A stretch of DNA of 52,392 bases from an uncultured Rikenellaceae bacterium. GTDB taxonomy: Bacteria > Bacteroidota > Bacteroidia > Bacteroidales > VadinHA17. Below, piece after piece: positions 9,998-20,947 of this stretch; the first letter of the stretch is position 1, and every line of letters starts with the position of its first letter. The notes under the pieces were generated by a model. The model did no database searches. It saw only the letters and a program-made list of their open reading frames with translations, and was not told the DNA's origin. Position numbers and translations under genes: made by a program. The stretch is taken from the NCBI GenBank assembly GCA_964555805.1, contig CAZKTX010000002.1, positions 1 to 52,392 of the forward strand. Direction: 5' to 3'.

Positions 9998-11731
9998 TTA
10001 ATGAGCGCCTCCTGCCGGAACAAGGAGCTTATTACCAGTGTCCTGAATGACCGATTTTTTCCATTTGTCGTCATAACCCGGCTGCATCGGGAAATCAGGA
10101 TATCCGTCTTCTGTAGTGGAGAACTTGCCGTCTTTTTCCTTCTTTATGTTTCCATCTATGTATTTGACAAGCAGGTATTCACTGAGTTTCTTCCATTCGC
10201 TGAATGTGTTGCGGGCAGTCGTGACTGAATACTTTGTAAGGTAATCGCGTGCTTTCCAGACATCATTGTCATAAAGTTTCTTTGCTTCCTGATCAATTTC
10301 TGAAGCAGTTTCCTTAATATATCTTGTTTCCAGTTCTCTCTGAACCTTAAGGGCATCCTCGCTCATCATGTCATAGCGAAGGTAACACTGGTTTGCAACC
10401 TGGTTGAACAGCCAGAAGGCAGAAGTGGGGGAGTAGGTAACCATGCTGCCGTTTCCTACCTTGAAACATTCGGGAATCTCGGTGATCCCGCAGTATATCG
10501 GATTAAAAACGGTTGTGCTTGCATCGTCAACGCCGAACCAGAAGATACCGCCGATAGGATCAGGAAGCCAGTTGCGTGATTCTGCAACAAAGACAAAACC
10601 GGTCTGCTGTGTGGCTGTAGCTCTTTCGTTACAGTAAGTTGCGGCGTTGGGGTCGTCGGATACTTTCCAGGAAAGAGGTCTCCAGCGGTATGGAGAGCCG
10701 AAGGGACCTGCGCCAATGTCTTTTCTCATGTCGAATTCTGTGCCCTCCAGATGATCGCGCATAAAATTCATGAGATCGTAGTTGGATACTTTACGGTTTG
10801 GTTTGACCCACAGAGGCATTCTCTTGCTGAGATCATGGCCTGAAACGTACCCTTTATACTGATCCATTTCGTTGTTCAGAGCCCTGAAAAACGCCCATAC
10901 CCTCATGTCGCAGAATCTTGCACCGTCGAAGGTAATCGGGTTGTAAGTGTCGGAAAAGCTGAACTCCTGGTCGGTTCCCTTGAAGAGCCCTTTGGTTCTT
11001 GCAAATTCAATTACATCCTGGGCGTAAACGCATTCAACAACAGGATCAAATATCCTGCGGAGGTCCTTTGATGTGATTGCATTGCTTGTCTTTTTGCCTG
11101 TGGCAAGCGGGAAAGTCTGAATCCTTGCCTGGTTTGCATGGCCGCTGACATATCCGTCGGGAATAAGGCGCGCAACCCATACGGCTCCCTTATTGCCCTG
11201 TCCTTTGCCAATTATTTCAAATATCCATGCCTCATTTGCATCGGCAATTGAGAATGATTCACCTGAGCTTGCATAGCCGTATTCAGCCACGAGTTCGGAA
11301 ATTACCTTAATGGCTTCCCTTGCATTTTTCGCCCTCTGAAGAGTGATATAGATAAGGCTACCGTAGTCGACAATGCCGTCAGGATCGACCAGTCCGTCTA
11401 AACCGCCGTAGGTTGTTTCACCGATCGACAGCTGGTGTTCATTCATGTTCCCTACAACCGAATATGTGTGACTTACCTGCTTGATTTTACCAAGGTATTT
11501 GCCGGTATCCCATTCGTAAACATCAAGCATTGCACCTTCAGGATAATCTCTTGAAGGCCAGTGGTAAAGTTCTCCATAAAGAACATGGGAGTCAGCTGAG
11601 TATGTTATCATTACCGAACCGTTGGCAGATGCTCCCCTTGTCACGATATAGTTAGTGCACGCAACCGATTCAGGAGCCTGGATCATCCAGGCAAAAATTA
11701 TTGCCGTTAGTATTGCAAATAGTTTCTTCAT
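9998..11731 (-). CDS. Secreted dipeptidase, peptidase family C69
   Basis: 577 aa. A signal peptide is followed directly by the nucleophile Cys context ESVACTNYIVTRGAS, which is typical of C69 (Ntn-hydrolase) dipeptidases. Confidence 0.85.
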   Translation of the reverse strand: MKKLFAILTAIIFAWMIQAPESVACTNYIVTRGASANGSVMITYSADSHVLYGELYHWPSRDYPEGAMLDVYEWDTGKYLGKIKQVSHTYSVVGNMNEHQLSIGETTYGGLDGLVDPDGIVDYGSLIYITLQRAKNAREAIKVISELVAEYGYASSGESFSIADANEAWIFEIIGKGQGNKGAVWVARLIPDGYVSGHANQARIQTFPLATGKKTSNAITSKDLRRIFDPVVECVYAQDVIEFARTKGLFKGTDQEFSFSDTYNPITFDGARFCDMRVWAFFRALNNEMDQYKGYVSGHDLSKRMPLWVKPNRKVSNYDLMNFMRDHLEGTEFDMRKDIGAGPFGSPYRWRPLSWKVSDDPNAATYCNERATATQQTGFVFVAESRNWLPDPIGGIFWFGVDDASTTVFNPIYCGITEIPECFKVGNGSMVTYSPTSAFWLFNQVANQCYLRYDMMSEDALKVQRELETRYIKETASEIDQEAKKLYDNDVWKARDYLTKYSVTTARNTFSEWKKLSEYLLVKYIDGNIKKEKDGKFSTTEDGYPDFPMQPGYDDKWKKSVIQDTGNKLLVPAGGAH

Positions 11732-11816
11732 AAATGATTTATTTGTTTTACAGTTATATCGACTGATGATTTCAAGAAATGCAAAGGTAACAAGCCGGAC
11801 AAAATTTCAAAGTGAT

Positions 11817-12563
11817 TCAGATCATTTTGACTGATTCAATGATTTTTTTTATCCTTTCCGGATCGGCCACTTTTCTTGTAAACTCGGGGATTCCGGTTTG
11901 ACCTCCCAGGAATATGCCATGACGACGGAAGATCATTTCACTGTCAATTTCAGTTCTTCCGGTCAGGTGCAATTCAGTTGCTTTGGTAGCTGTAAGTATC
12001 TGGGCTGCATTTGTTTCGTCAACTCCGCCTCCTGGCATGACAATTATCCTTTCGCCCGCCTGTATAATGAGCTGCCGGATCAGTTCAATCCCGTCACGGG
12101 CCTTGTTCCGCAGTCCGGATGTAAGAAGCCGTGATGCACCTGTGGCGATAACGTCTTCCAGTCCGCTGACAGGATCCCTGCACAGGTCGAATGCCCTGTG
12201 GAAAGTGGCGCTCATCGGGTATGCAAATTCAAAAAGCCGGGCTGTTCTTTCAACATCAACGCTGCCTCCCGGCAGGAGAATCCCGGTTACGATTCCGTCA
12301 ATGCCATTTTCAGCACACAGTTCGATATCCCTTCTCATAATGTCGTACTCGAGGTCGGAATACAGGAAGTCACCTCCCCTTGGTCTTATAAGAACATGAA
12401 GCTTGATATCGAGGTTGCTCCTTGCTGAAATTATATTCCCGTATCCGGGGGTGGTGCCTCCTTCAAGCAGATTATCACACAATTCTATCCTGTCTGCTCC
12501 GGCCGATTGTGCATCGATTGCAGAAGCAACACTGTCGGCGCATATTTCGAGCTTGAACTTCAT
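11817..12563 (-). CDS. cutC: Copper homeostasis protein CutC
   Basis: 248 aa. MKFKLEICADSVASAIDAQSAGADRIELC...GGTTPG...HRAFD is the CutC TIM-barrel signature. Confidence 0.85.
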   Translation of the reverse strand: MKFKLEICADSVASAIDAQSAGADRIELCDNLLEGGTTPGYGNIISARSNLDIKLHVLIRPRGGDFLYSDLEYDIMRRDIELCAENGIDGIVTGILLPGGSVDVERTARLFEFAYPMSATFHRAFDLCRDPVSGLEDVIATGASRLLTSGLRNKARDGIELIRQLIIQAGERIIVMPGGGVDETNAAQILTATKATELHLTGRTEIDSEMIFRRHGIFLGGQTGIPEFTRKVADPERIKKIIESVKMI

Positions 12564-12635
12564 TTACAAAAATTAATGCTGATAATAAAAGTAAGAATAT
12601 TTTAAGTATAATTGTGAATCATAAAAATTAAATGT

Positions 12636-13538
12636 ATGAAACCTACACTTTTAGTTCTTGCAGCCGGAATGGGCACGCGTTACGGAGGTAACAAACAGCT
12701 TGATGAAGTTGGGCCTTCAGGTGAGACAATTATCGATTATTCAATATACGACGCCATCCGTGCGGGTTTTGGGAAGATTGTATTTGTTATACGGAGGGAT
12801 ATCGAGGAACAGGTAAAGGAAAGGTTCGTTGAAAAATTACGTGGAAAAATTGAGGTAGACTATGTATTTCAGGAGATCACTAATCTTCCGGAAGGAGTGA
12901 AAGTGGCTCCGGACAGGGCTAAACCATGGGGAACCAGCCATGCAATACTTGTCACAAAAGACAAGATCAGGGAGCCTTTTGGCGTAATCAATGCTGACGA
13001 TTATTATGGTGTCGATTCATTTAAAATATTAAAGGATTTCCTTATTGATGACAAGGATCCAAACAACTTCTGCATTGTAGGCTATAAGCTTGGAAATACA
13101 CTTTCTGAACACGGCCATGTCAACCGGGGTGTCTGTAAGGTCGACGAAAAGGGCTTTCTCAGCCATATTGTCGAGACAAGGCAGATTGAAAAAACAAAGG
13201 AAGGAGCAAAGGCACCCGGGGCAAACGGAGAAACTATTCTGTTTACGGGAAACGAAATCGTATCTATGAACCTCTGGGGATTCAAACCCTCCTGCTACAA
13301 TTTTCTTGGTGAGGAATTCCGTAGTTTTATTCACAAATACGGGATGGATCTAAAATCGGAACTTGATATTCCGACATCAGTCGACAGGTATGTAAAAAGC
13401 GGTGAAATAACGATTCAGATACTTATGAGCAACGAAAGATGGTTTGGAGTAACCTACAGGGAAGACAAGCCGTTTGTTGTGGAAAGTATCAAGAAGATGA
13501 TCAGGAAAGGGATTTATCCGGCAAGGATCTATTCATAG
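12636..13538 (+). CDS. Sugar-phosphate nucleotidyltransferase family protein
   Basis: 300 aa with the N-terminal LVLAAGMGTRYGGNKQL (GxGTRxxxxxK) nucleotidyltransferase signature. Confidence 0.7.
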   Translation: MKPTLLVLAAGMGTRYGGNKQLDEVGPSGETIIDYSIYDAIRAGFGKIVFVIRRDIEEQVKERFVEKLRGKIEVDYVFQEITNLPEGVKVAPDRAKPWGTSHAILVTKDKIREPFGVINADDYYGVDSFKILKDFLIDDKDPNNFCIVGYKLGNTLSEHGHVNRGVCKVDEKGFLSHIVETRQIEKTKEGAKAPGANGETILFTGNEIVSMNLWGFKPSCYNFLGEEFRSFIHKYGMDLKSELDIPTSVDRYVKSGEITIQILMSNERWFGVTYREDKPFVVESIKKMIRKGIYPARIYS

Positions 13539-13539
13539 A

Positions 13540-15270
13540 TCACCATACAAAATCATAATTTAAGGTACTTTGATTGTTGCAGTTATCCGTCACTTTGATG
13601 GTCAGGCTGTGTTTTGTGCCTTTTTGAATCCTGCCCGGATCAAAGTTATGGATAAGAACATTGTTCTTCTGATCATATTCAAAGAGCGCCCATTTTCCAT
13701 CAATAACCGGTTCATAAGATTTTATACCTGAAAGGTCATCGCTGATTTTAATCCGCATGTTCTGCCTTCCGGCAAGGTTTGCCCCGGCAGAGAAACCGTT
13801 CGGAGTGATCTGAGGCGGGACTGTGTCGATTCCAACAAAGAATGTTCCGAATGTCCTCGGGTTGGCTGTTACAAAACCATTGTCCCACGAACTGGTTACC
13901 GGGGTCTTCCTGCCGATATTGTCAATCTGTAAAATAAGGAGTTTGGATTCTTTTCCGGCAGGTACCCTCTGAGTCTTCAGGGAAAGGCTGTACGACTTAT
14001 GAATGGGAGTATAGATGTTGTGGATATCGAATACGTCAGAGTACATTTCCGGAAGACCGGGGCTACTTTTAAATTCAAACCAGAGAGTGTCATAAAGAGT
14101 ACCGGTCGATAAACTGACTGCAACATCCTTTGTGACGAACTTATTGTTTCTGTTGAAAGGCATCATAATTCCGGAATTGGCAAGTGCATGATTTGAAGAA
14201 TTCTCCAGTTTAACGGTTCCGGAGTCAGATGTAACATTAAATGTAAGAACCGATTTATTACCGTGGATGTCCGATACCTCGATTTCCACTGTGTGTTTTG
14301 CATTATCAGAAAAGGTTACTATTCCCCTGTCTGTCAGATTTCCGTACACACTGAGTTTGTCGTTTGGCAGCCTGTAAGCTCTTTCGATATAGATGTTTTC
14401 CCGCATGGCAGTTTCATAATCGATATGACTGTTAACATACCTGGTTTCATTGAACGAAAATTCATCCATTACATAGCTGAACACCTGCCTGCCATCGACT
14501 TTCAACTGTATAGAATGGACGGAGAATCTGCTGCCTGAACCATTAATCAGATCGTACGACCTGAATCCGAACCCTGCAGGGCCGCTTATCGAAATTTCAT
14601 TTTTTGAAGATAATCCGAATTTTCCGTTTCCGCCCGATACATCGAGGCTCAGCATTTTGTTCCGTTTGTTTATAATTGTGTTTTTTGTGATAGGATAAAC
14701 AACAAGCTTTTCGATCACCGGTTTGATATTGTCTTCAACGCCAAAATCGAAAAGCAGGGGATTTACAGGGGTTTCCCCATCAGTCTTCCTTATTTCATAA
14801 TGAAGGTGCGGACCAGAGGAACTCCCTGAATTTCCCGAATACGCAATTATGTCTCCCTGTTCAAAAGAAAATCTTTCCTTTGGCGGCCAGAGTGTCACCA
14901 TAAAGCTTTTCTCCTCGTACTGTCTCGATACAACATACTCTTCGATCTCAGGTGTAAACCTTTCAAGATGTCCATAGACAGTTGAGTATCCGTTTGGATG
15001 ACGAACATATAGGGCTTTTCCGAAACCACCGGGTGAGATGCTGATCCTGTAGACATATCCCCTGGCAGCTGCAACGACCTCCTTTCCGGTCACTCCCTGA
15101 GTCCTGAGATCCAGGCCTGAATGAAAGTGATCGGTTCTGATTTCCCCGAAATTTGAGGAAAGTGACACGGGTATTTTAACAGGAGAGATGAATACTGAAC
15201 GATCTTCCGGTTTCTCATGAATGGATCCTGTAAGCAGTAGTGTAATAAGTATTGTCAGAAGTTCTGTCAT
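13540..15270 (-). CDS. M23 family metallopeptidase (LytM-type) with a large C-terminal beta-rich domain
   Basis: 576 aa with a signal peptide, the HxxxD motif (HFHSGLDL) and the HxH motif (GPHLHYEI). Confidence 0.8.
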   Translation of the reverse strand: MTELLTILITLLLTGSIHEKPEDRSVFISPVKIPVSLSSNFGEIRTDHFHSGLDLRTQGVTGKEVVAAARGYVYRISISPGGFGKALYVRHPNGYSTVYGHLERFTPEIEEYVVSRQYEEKSFMVTLWPPKERFSFEQGDIIAYSGNSGSSSGPHLHYEIRKTDGETPVNPLLFDFGVEDNIKPVIEKLVVYPITKNTIINKRNKMLSLDVSGGNGKFGLSSKNEISISGPAGFGFRSYDLINGSGSRFSVHSIQLKVDGRQVFSYVMDEFSFNETRYVNSHIDYETAMRENIYIERAYRLPNDKLSVYGNLTDRGIVTFSDNAKHTVEIEVSDIHGNKSVLTFNVTSDSGTVKLENSSNHALANSGIMMPFNRNNKFVTKDVAVSLSTGTLYDTLWFEFKSSPGLPEMYSDVFDIHNIYTPIHKSYSLSLKTQRVPAGKESKLLILQIDNIGRKTPVTSSWDNGFVTANPRTFGTFFVGIDTVPPQITPNGFSAGANLAGRQNMRIKISDDLSGIKSYEPVIDGKWALFEYDQKNNVLIHNFDPGRIQKGTKHSLTIKVTDNCNNQSTLNYDFVW

Positions 15271-15348
15271 GTCGGCAAATTGGTCTCTTGAAGTCGAGAT
15301 GCAAAACTAGGCTTATGAGTTGTTCTTCCAAAGTATTTATGTTAAATT

Positions 15349-15379
15349 TTTGAAAATTATATTATCTGTGCTACCTTTG
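15349..15379 (+). promoter_or_regulatory. Bacteroidota sigma-A type promoter (-33 TTTG / -7 TAnnTTTG) for the zapB-like/zapA transcription unit
   Basis: TTTG at 15349-15352, then a 19-nt spacer, then TACCTTTG at 15372-15379, 17 nt before the ATG at 15396. This matches the published Bacteroides consensus exactly. Confidence 0.5.
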
Positions 15380-15395
15380 CATTAAAGAAGTTAAT

Positions 15396-15689
15396 ATGTC
15401 CGTTCAGGGTCTTGAGGAGCTTAATTTACTGAACAAAAAGCTCGAAGAGTTGTTTGAAAGGTATAAAGATCTCAGAACAAAAATCGGGGATCTCAGGAAC
15501 GAAAATGATATATTGAAACGTTATATAGTAGAACGTGACAATAAGATTTTAGAACTGGAAAGCAAATACGAAAGGATCAGGATAACAGGAGCACTTACAG
15601 GTAAGGGAGAAGGAGCCGATGAGGCAAGGGGAAGGATTAATGAACTGGTGCGGGAAATAGACAGATGTGTTGCTCTTTTGAACAGATAA
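15396..15689 (+). CDS. Small coiled-coil protein, ZapB-like cell-division factor candidate
   Basis: 97 aa with heptad-rich sequence (LEELNLLNKKLEELFERYKDLRTKIGDLRNENDILKR). It lies immediately upstream of zapA. Confidence 0.45.
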   Translation: MSVQGLEELNLLNKKLEELFERYKDLRTKIGDLRNENDILKRYIVERDNKILELESKYERIRITGALTGKGEGADEARGRINELVREIDRCVALLNR

Positions 15690-15698
15690 GATATAGCG

Positions 15699-15992
15699 AT
15701 GGATGATAAGCTTTCAATCAGGGTCAATGTGGCTGACAGGTATTATCCATTGAAGGTGGAGAGGGATAACGAGGAAAGGATCAGAAAAGCTGCCAGGATG
15801 ATCAATGAGAAAGTGCTGCAATACAAACAGCGCTATTCTGACAAGGATGTACAGGATTTTCTGGCGATGGCTTCTCTGCAGTATGTGATCAAGCTGAACG
15901 AGGATGAGGAGCGGCTGGTCACGGACGAACTTCCGGAAGCCCTGAAGGAGCTGGTAAGGAAAATTGATGATGTTCTGGGAGAAAAAGAGTAA
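15699..15992 (+). CDS. zapA: Cell division protein ZapA
   Basis: 97 aa. LSIRVNVADRYYPLKVERDNEERIRKAARMINEKV...FLAMASLQ follows the ZapA family pattern. Confidence 0.8.
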   Translation: MDDKLSIRVNVADRYYPLKVERDNEERIRKAARMINEKVLQYKQRYSDKDVQDFLAMASLQYVIKLNEDEERLVTDELPEALKELVRKIDDVLGEKE

Positions 15993-16020
15993 CAGCGTTC
16001 TTTTAAATAGCAAAACTTAT

Positions 16021-16223
16021 TGCCCGCATTGTTTCTTCATTCGTTTTTGAAACTCAACACTTAAAACTTTGGAGTTATCCTTAGTGTAGTAAGGACAGGC
16101 CTCATCCCGGTTCGCCGGGAAACACTCCTTCGGGAGAGTCAGTGGAAGTTCAAGCTGTATTAGAAGCTCCAGCCATGTAGATATGGGGTTTTATAAAAGT
16201 TGGAGAGACTTTGCGGGTTTTTT
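16021..16223 (+). ncRNA. Structured non-coding RNA between zapA and rny; 6S RNA (ssrS)-like candidate, family not verified
   Basis: There is no ORF in this interval. A 17-position closing helix (16023-16039 with 16201-16217; 15 pairs, 2 mismatches) is followed by T6. An inner helix pairs UUGGAGUU (about 16068-16076) with AGCUCCAG (about 16165-16172). Two UUCG-tetraloop hairpins occur (CCCGG-UUCG-CCGGG at 16106-16119; CUCC-UUCG-GGAG at 16125-16136), plus UCCUUA..UAAGGA. In E. coli, ssrS lies directly downstream of zapA. Confidence 0.5.
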
Positions 16224-16246
16224 ATATATAATTTAACACTATTCAT

Positions 16247-17782
16247 ATGACACTAACCATATTATTGGCATCCGCTGCGCTTATTACAGGTTTCATTGCC
16301 TCATATTTTCTCTGGCATAAGGCGCTCAGGAACAAGAGTACGAAACTTATCAGCGAGGCAGAAGCCGAAGCTGAAGTGATCAAAAAGGAAAAGATACTTC
16401 AGGCTAAGGAAAGATTCCTTCAGTTAAAGGCAGAACATGAGAAGGTAATAAACGAGAAGAACAACAGGATAAACCAGGCTGAAAGCCGGATAAAGCAAAA
16501 AGAGCTTACATTATCTCAGAAGCTTGAAGAAGCACAGCGTAAGAAGACCGAGGCTGATGCAATCAGGGAAAACCTGACTTCGCAGATTGAGCTTGTTGAA
16601 AAGAAGAACGAGGAACTTACCAAACTTCACAGGCAGCAGGTTGACAAGCTTGAAGTTATATCCAGCCTGTCGGCCGAGGAGGCAAAGAACCAGCTGATCG
16701 AGTCGCTCAAGGAAGAAGCAAAGACAGGGGCAATGTCGTATGTGAATGAGATCCTTGACGAAGCAAAGATGACAGCAAACAAGGAAGCAAAGAGGATAGT
16801 CCTTCAGACAATCCAGAGAGTTGCTGCTGAAAACGCAATTGAAAATGCAGTCACAGTGTTTCATATCGAATCAGATGAAATGAAAGGCAGGATCATAGGC
16901 CGTGAAGGAAGAAACATCAGGGCGCTTGAAGCTGCAACCGGAGTTGAGATTATTGTTGACGACACTCCCGAGGCTATTGTACTGTCGGCATTCGACCCGA
17001 TCCGACGTGAGGTGGCCAGACTGGCGCTTCATCAGCTTGTTACCGACGGACGAATACATCCTGCAAGAATTGAAGAGATTGTTGACAAGACAAGGAAACA
17101 GGTCGAAGATGAGATACTGGAAGTGGGAAAAAGGACAACTATCGACCTTGGAATCCACGGCCTCCATCCTGAGCTTATCCGCCTTGTGGGGAAAATGAAA
17201 TACAGGTCATCATACGGGCAGAACCTGCTTATGCATTCAAGGGAGGTCGCGAATCTGTCGGCCATAATGGCGGCCGAGCTCGGACTCAATCCAAAGCTGG
17301 CCAAGAGGGCGGGTTTGCTTCATGACATTGGCAAGGTTCCGGATGATGAGCCCGAACTGCCGCACGCAATCCTCGGTATGAAGGTTGCTGAAAAATTCAA
17401 GGAAAAACCGGAAGTATGCAATGCTATTGGTTCACACCACGATGAGACTGAGATGACTACACTTATTGCTCCGATCGTTCAGGTTTGCGATGCAATCTCC
17501 GGAGCCAGGCCAGGTGCACGCCGCGAGGTTGTTGAATCGTATATTAAAAGGCTCAAGGAACTGGAGTCTCTTGCTCTTCAATACCCCGGCGTTATGAAAA
17601 CCTACGCCATTCAGGCAGGCCGCGAACTCAGAGTGATTGTCGGAGCTGAGAAGGTAACTGATAAGGAAGCTGAAAACCTTTCCTCTGAAATTGCAAGGAA
17701 GATCCAGAATGATATGACATATCCCGGACAGATCAAGATCACTGTAATCCGCGAAACGAGAGCGGTTAACTATGCAAAATAA
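16247..17782 (+). CDS. rny: Ribonuclease Y
   Basis: 511 aa with an N-terminal TM, a coiled coil, a KH domain ([13 protein letters not shown]) and an HD domain (LLHDIGK...HH). Confidence 0.95.
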   Translation: MTLTILLASAALITGFIASYFLWHKALRNKSTKLISEAEAEAEVIKKEKILQAKERFLQLKAEHEKVINEKNNRINQAESRIKQKELTLSQKLEEAQRKKTEADAIRENLTSQIELVEKKNEELTKLHRQQVDKLEVISSLSAEEAKNQLIESLKEEAKTGAMSYVNEILDEAKMTANKEAKRIVLQTIQRVAAENAIENAVTVFHIESDEMKGRIIGREGRNIRALEAATGVEIIVDDTPEAIVLSAFDPIRREVARLALHQLVTDGRIHPARIEEIVDKTRKQVEDEILEVGKRTTIDLGIHGLHPELIRLVGKMKYRSSYGQNLLMHSREVANLSAIMAAELGLNPKLAKRAGLLHDIGKVPDDEPELPHAILGMKVAEKFKEKPEVCNAIGSHHDETEMTTLIAPIVQVCDAISGARPGARREVVESYIKRLKELESLALQYPGVMKTYAIQAGRELRVIVGAEKVTDKEAENLSSEIARKIQNDMTYPGQIKITVIRETRAVNYAK

Positions 17783-17813
17783 ACACAGATAAGTAACTTC
17801 TTTTCCCGGGATA

Positions 17814-18974
17814 ATGTCAAAGATAAAACTGCTGAATATAGTAGGGGCGAGGCCTCAGATAATAAAGTCTTCAGCAATTAGCAGAGCAATACGGACAGGT
17901 TTTTCTGACCGGATAACCGAATTTACGCTGCATACCGGGCAGCACTATGACAAGGAAATGTCGGATGTGTTTTTCGATGAGCTCGAAATTCACAAGCCCG
18001 ACTATAACCTGGGTGTCGGATCGGCCAGGCATGGACGCCAGACTGCAGCCATGATAACGGGAATTGAGGAAGTCCTCCTTGAAGAAAAACCGGATGGCTT
18101 GTTGCTTTACGGCGACACCAATTCGACACTTGCCGGAGCAGTTGCAGCATCCAAACAGCATTTCCCCGTTATTCATATCGAGGCAGGTCTGAGATCATTC
18201 ACCAAGACAATGCCCGAGGAGCTTAACAGGATCATAAGCGACCATGCATCCACCTTGCTGTTTGCCCCGACAAATGCCGCCTTCAAGAATCTGATACATG
18301 AGGGTTTCAGGCCGGAAAACAGCCCTCCGTACACTATTGATAACCCTAAGATCTACCTTACGGGTGATATAATGTACGACAACTCCCTCTTCTTTGCAGA
18401 ACTGGCTGAGCGGAAAAAAGGCGAGCTTCCTGAGTCGCTTGAGATAGAAAGAAACAAATTTGTACTTGCTACGATTCACAGGGATATAAATACAGACGAT
18501 CCCAAAAGGCTGGAGACAATTCTCTCAACACTTAAGCACCTGGCAGAGGAATATAAGATACCGTTCGTAATGCCATTTCATCCGCGTACAATGAATTCGC
18601 TGAAGTCGGGTCTTGTAAACCTGCTTGAGGAACTGCGTAAATCGAAGTATATCCGGATAATTCCGCCTGTTTCATATCTTACAATGACTTTCCTCGAAAA
18701 GAACTGTTTTATGATAATAACTGATTCCGGCGGTGTTCAGAAGGAGTCTCATTTTTTCAAAAAACCGTGTATAGTTCTCAGGAGGGAGACCGAATGGATA
18801 GAGCTTGTTGCAAATGGCACAGTAATGCTGGCTGATGCCAACCCCGACCTTATCCGGCATGCTTTTGAGGGATATGTTCAGTCTGGTATAAGTCTGGAGT
18901 ATCCTGGTTTTTATGGCAATGGCAAGACATCCGAATTCATACTCAGGGAGATACTGTTGCTCCTGGAACGATGA
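17814..18974 (+). CDS. wecB: UDP-N-acetylglucosamine 2-epimerase (non-hydrolysing)
   Basis: 386 aa. KLLNIVGARPQIIK...GDTNSTLAGA...EAGLRS...PEELNR...TDSGGVQKE are WecB family motifs. Confidence 0.9.
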   Translation: MSKIKLLNIVGARPQIIKSSAISRAIRTGFSDRITEFTLHTGQHYDKEMSDVFFDELEIHKPDYNLGVGSARHGRQTAAMITGIEEVLLEEKPDGLLLYGDTNSTLAGAVAASKQHFPVIHIEAGLRSFTKTMPEELNRIISDHASTLLFAPTNAAFKNLIHEGFRPENSPPYTIDNPKIYLTGDIMYDNSLFFAELAERKKGELPESLEIERNKFVLATIHRDINTDDPKRLETILSTLKHLAEEYKIPFVMPFHPRTMNSLKSGLVNLLEELRKSKYIRIIPPVSYLTMTFLEKNCFMIITDSGGVQKESHFFKKPCIVLRRETEWIELVANGTVMLADANPDLIRHAFEGYVQSGISLEYPGFYGNGKTSEFILREILLLLER

Positions 18975-19033
18975 TTTCCGTGTTCCGGAAGAAATAAAAA
19001 CAGGTATAAACCGTTCTTTTCTAAAGTTTTTTC

Positions 19034-20017
19034 ATGAATCGCAGACTAAACGGCTATAAGGTACTTGTAACCGGCGGTGCAGGCTTCATCGGGTCGAACC
19101 TTGTTGAATCCCTGCTCGCTTCGGACAATTCAGTTGTATGCCTCGACAATTTCTCGACAGGAAAAAGGGAAAATATTTCCGGTTTTATTTCAAATCCACG
19201 TTTCAATCTCATCGAGGGAGATATTCGTAACTATGCCGACTGTGAACGAGCTGTTCAGGGAGTGGATTATGTTTTTCACCAGGCAGCCCTGGGCTCTGTG
19301 CCGCGATCGATAAAGGATCCGGTCACATCGACCGATGTTAATATAGGGGGCTTTGTGAAAATGATAAATGCATCGAGAGAGGCAGGCGTCAGAAGATTTA
19401 TCTATGCAGCCAGTTCCTCTACATATGGCGATCATCCGGGTCTCCCCAAGGTGGAGGACAGGATAGGCAAGCCCCTCTCTCCTTATGCAATTACAAAATA
19501 TGTGGATGAACTCTATGCTGCAAACTTTGCTTCTACTTATAATACAGAATCGATAGGTCTGAGATATTTCAACGTCTTCGGACGGCGCCAGGATCCTTTG
19601 GGAGCATACGCTGCCGTAATTCCCCTGTTTGTTAAGAAGATTATGAGCCATGAGGCTCCTGTTATAAATGGTGACGGAACTTATTCGAGGGATTTCACCT
19701 ACGTTGACAACGTTGTTCAGGCCAATCATCTTGCAGCCCTTACGGCAGACCCTGCTGCTGTAAACCAGGTTTACAACGTAGCCCATGGTGAGCGTACGAA
19801 TCTCAATGAACTGTTTGAAATGGTTAAGCAGCTGATAGGCAGGTTTGATAAGGAAGTTATGAGTTTAACGCCGGTATATGGTCCGGTAAGGGCGGGCGAT
19901 ATACCTCATTCCCTTGCTTCAATTGAAAAAGCCGGAAGACTGCTCGGATATAAGCCAACTCATACAGTCAGGGAGGGAATGGAAGAAGCAATAGACTGGT
20001 ACAGGGCCAATTTGTAA
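19034..20017 (+). CDS. NAD-dependent nucleotide-sugar epimerase/dehydratase (WbpP/TviC-like extended SDR)
   Basis: 327 aa with [24 protein letters not shown] and the YAITK (YxxxK) catalytic motif. Confidence 0.85.
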   Translation: MNRRLNGYKVLVTGGAGFIGSNLVESLLASDNSVVCLDNFSTGKRENISGFISNPRFNLIEGDIRNYADCERAVQGVDYVFHQAALGSVPRSIKDPVTSTDVNIGGFVKMINASREAGVRRFIYAASSSTYGDHPGLPKVEDRIGKPLSPYAITKYVDELYAANFASTYNTESIGLRYFNVFGRRQDPLGAYAAVIPLFVKKIMSHEAPVINGDGTYSRDFTYVDNVVQANHLAALTADPAAVNQVYNVAHGERTNLNELFEMVKQLIGRFDKEVMSLTPVYGPVRAGDIPHSLASIEKAGRLLGYKPTHTVREGMEEAIDWYRANL

Positions 20018-20038
20018 CATCTGTTACATTTCACGAAA

Positions 20039-20902
20039 TCAAATGATTCTCATTACAATCGCGGCAAGATCCATTATTGCCGGTTTATAGTCGTTCAGGA
20101 ATTCACCTGTAACCCTGTTCCCGATTACAAGGCAGACTGTAAGGGCTTTGTGTCCCAGAAGACCTGACAATCCATAGATAGCCGAACTTTCCATTTCGTA
20201 GTTGCTGATTGTCCTGCCCCGGAAAGAGAATTCAGCAAGCTTACCGTTGATTTCACTGTCAAATGTTTCAAGCCGGAGTTTTCTTCCCTGAGGTCCATAA
20301 AAGCCGGGAGCCGAAACTGTGATTCCCCTGATGAACTTTTCACCACGGAAAAGCTCAGCAAGTTCCTTGTTTGCATTTATTGCATAGGGGAAAGGAAGAG
20401 TATCGGGCCATTCAAGATATTCAGCCATCACCGACGACAGAACGTTGTCGAGCAGCCAGTCGTATCCCTCGTAAAAATGAATCAGGCCGTCGAAGCCAAT
20501 GGCGGTTTCGGCAAGAACATAGGATCCGGTCGGAACATCTGCCCTCAATCCTCCCGATGTGCCGATTCTTATAAGGGTGAGAGAAACAGTTTCAGGTTTT
20601 GGCTCACCAGTTTTAAGATCAATGTTGACTAGCGCATCAAGTTCGTTTATCAGAATGTCCACGTTGTCGGTTCCGATTCCCGATGAAATGATTGTAATTT
20701 CAGTACCTCCGGAGAATCCTGTGACTGTTTTGAATTCCCTGTTCTCCTTCCTTACGCGTATGTCGGTAAGAAGGGAAGACAACATATCCACTCGTCCGGG
20801 ATCGCCGACAATAATGATTTTGTCAGCTATGTCGCCCGGGAGAAGATTCAGATGGAAAATACTTCCGTCCCTGTTGGTTATCAGTTCGGTCTTCTTCTGC
20901 AT
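20039..20902 (-). CDS. Nucleoside phosphorylase (PNP/UDP-1 family, uridine-phosphorylase-like)
   Basis: 287 aa. Sequences such as IIVGDPGRV...IRIGTSGG...MESSAIYG are typical of this fold. Confidence 0.75.
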   Translation of the reverse strand: MQKKTELITNRDGSIFHLNLLPGDIADKIIIVGDPGRVDMLSSLLTDIRVRKENREFKTVTGFSGGTEITIISSGIGTDNVDILINELDALVNIDLKTGEPKPETVSLTLIRIGTSGGLRADVPTGSYVLAETAIGFDGLIHFYEGYDWLLDNVLSSVMAEYLEWPDTLPFPYAINANKELAELFRGEKFIRGITVSAPGFYGPQGRKLRLETFDSEINGKLAEFSFRGRTISNYEMESSAIYGLSGLLGHKALTVCLVIGNRVTGEFLNDYKPAIMDLAAIVMRII

Positions 20903-20947
20903 GTTAAAAAGTTAGGAACCAAAGATAGCAAATCCGGAAGAATCGTT

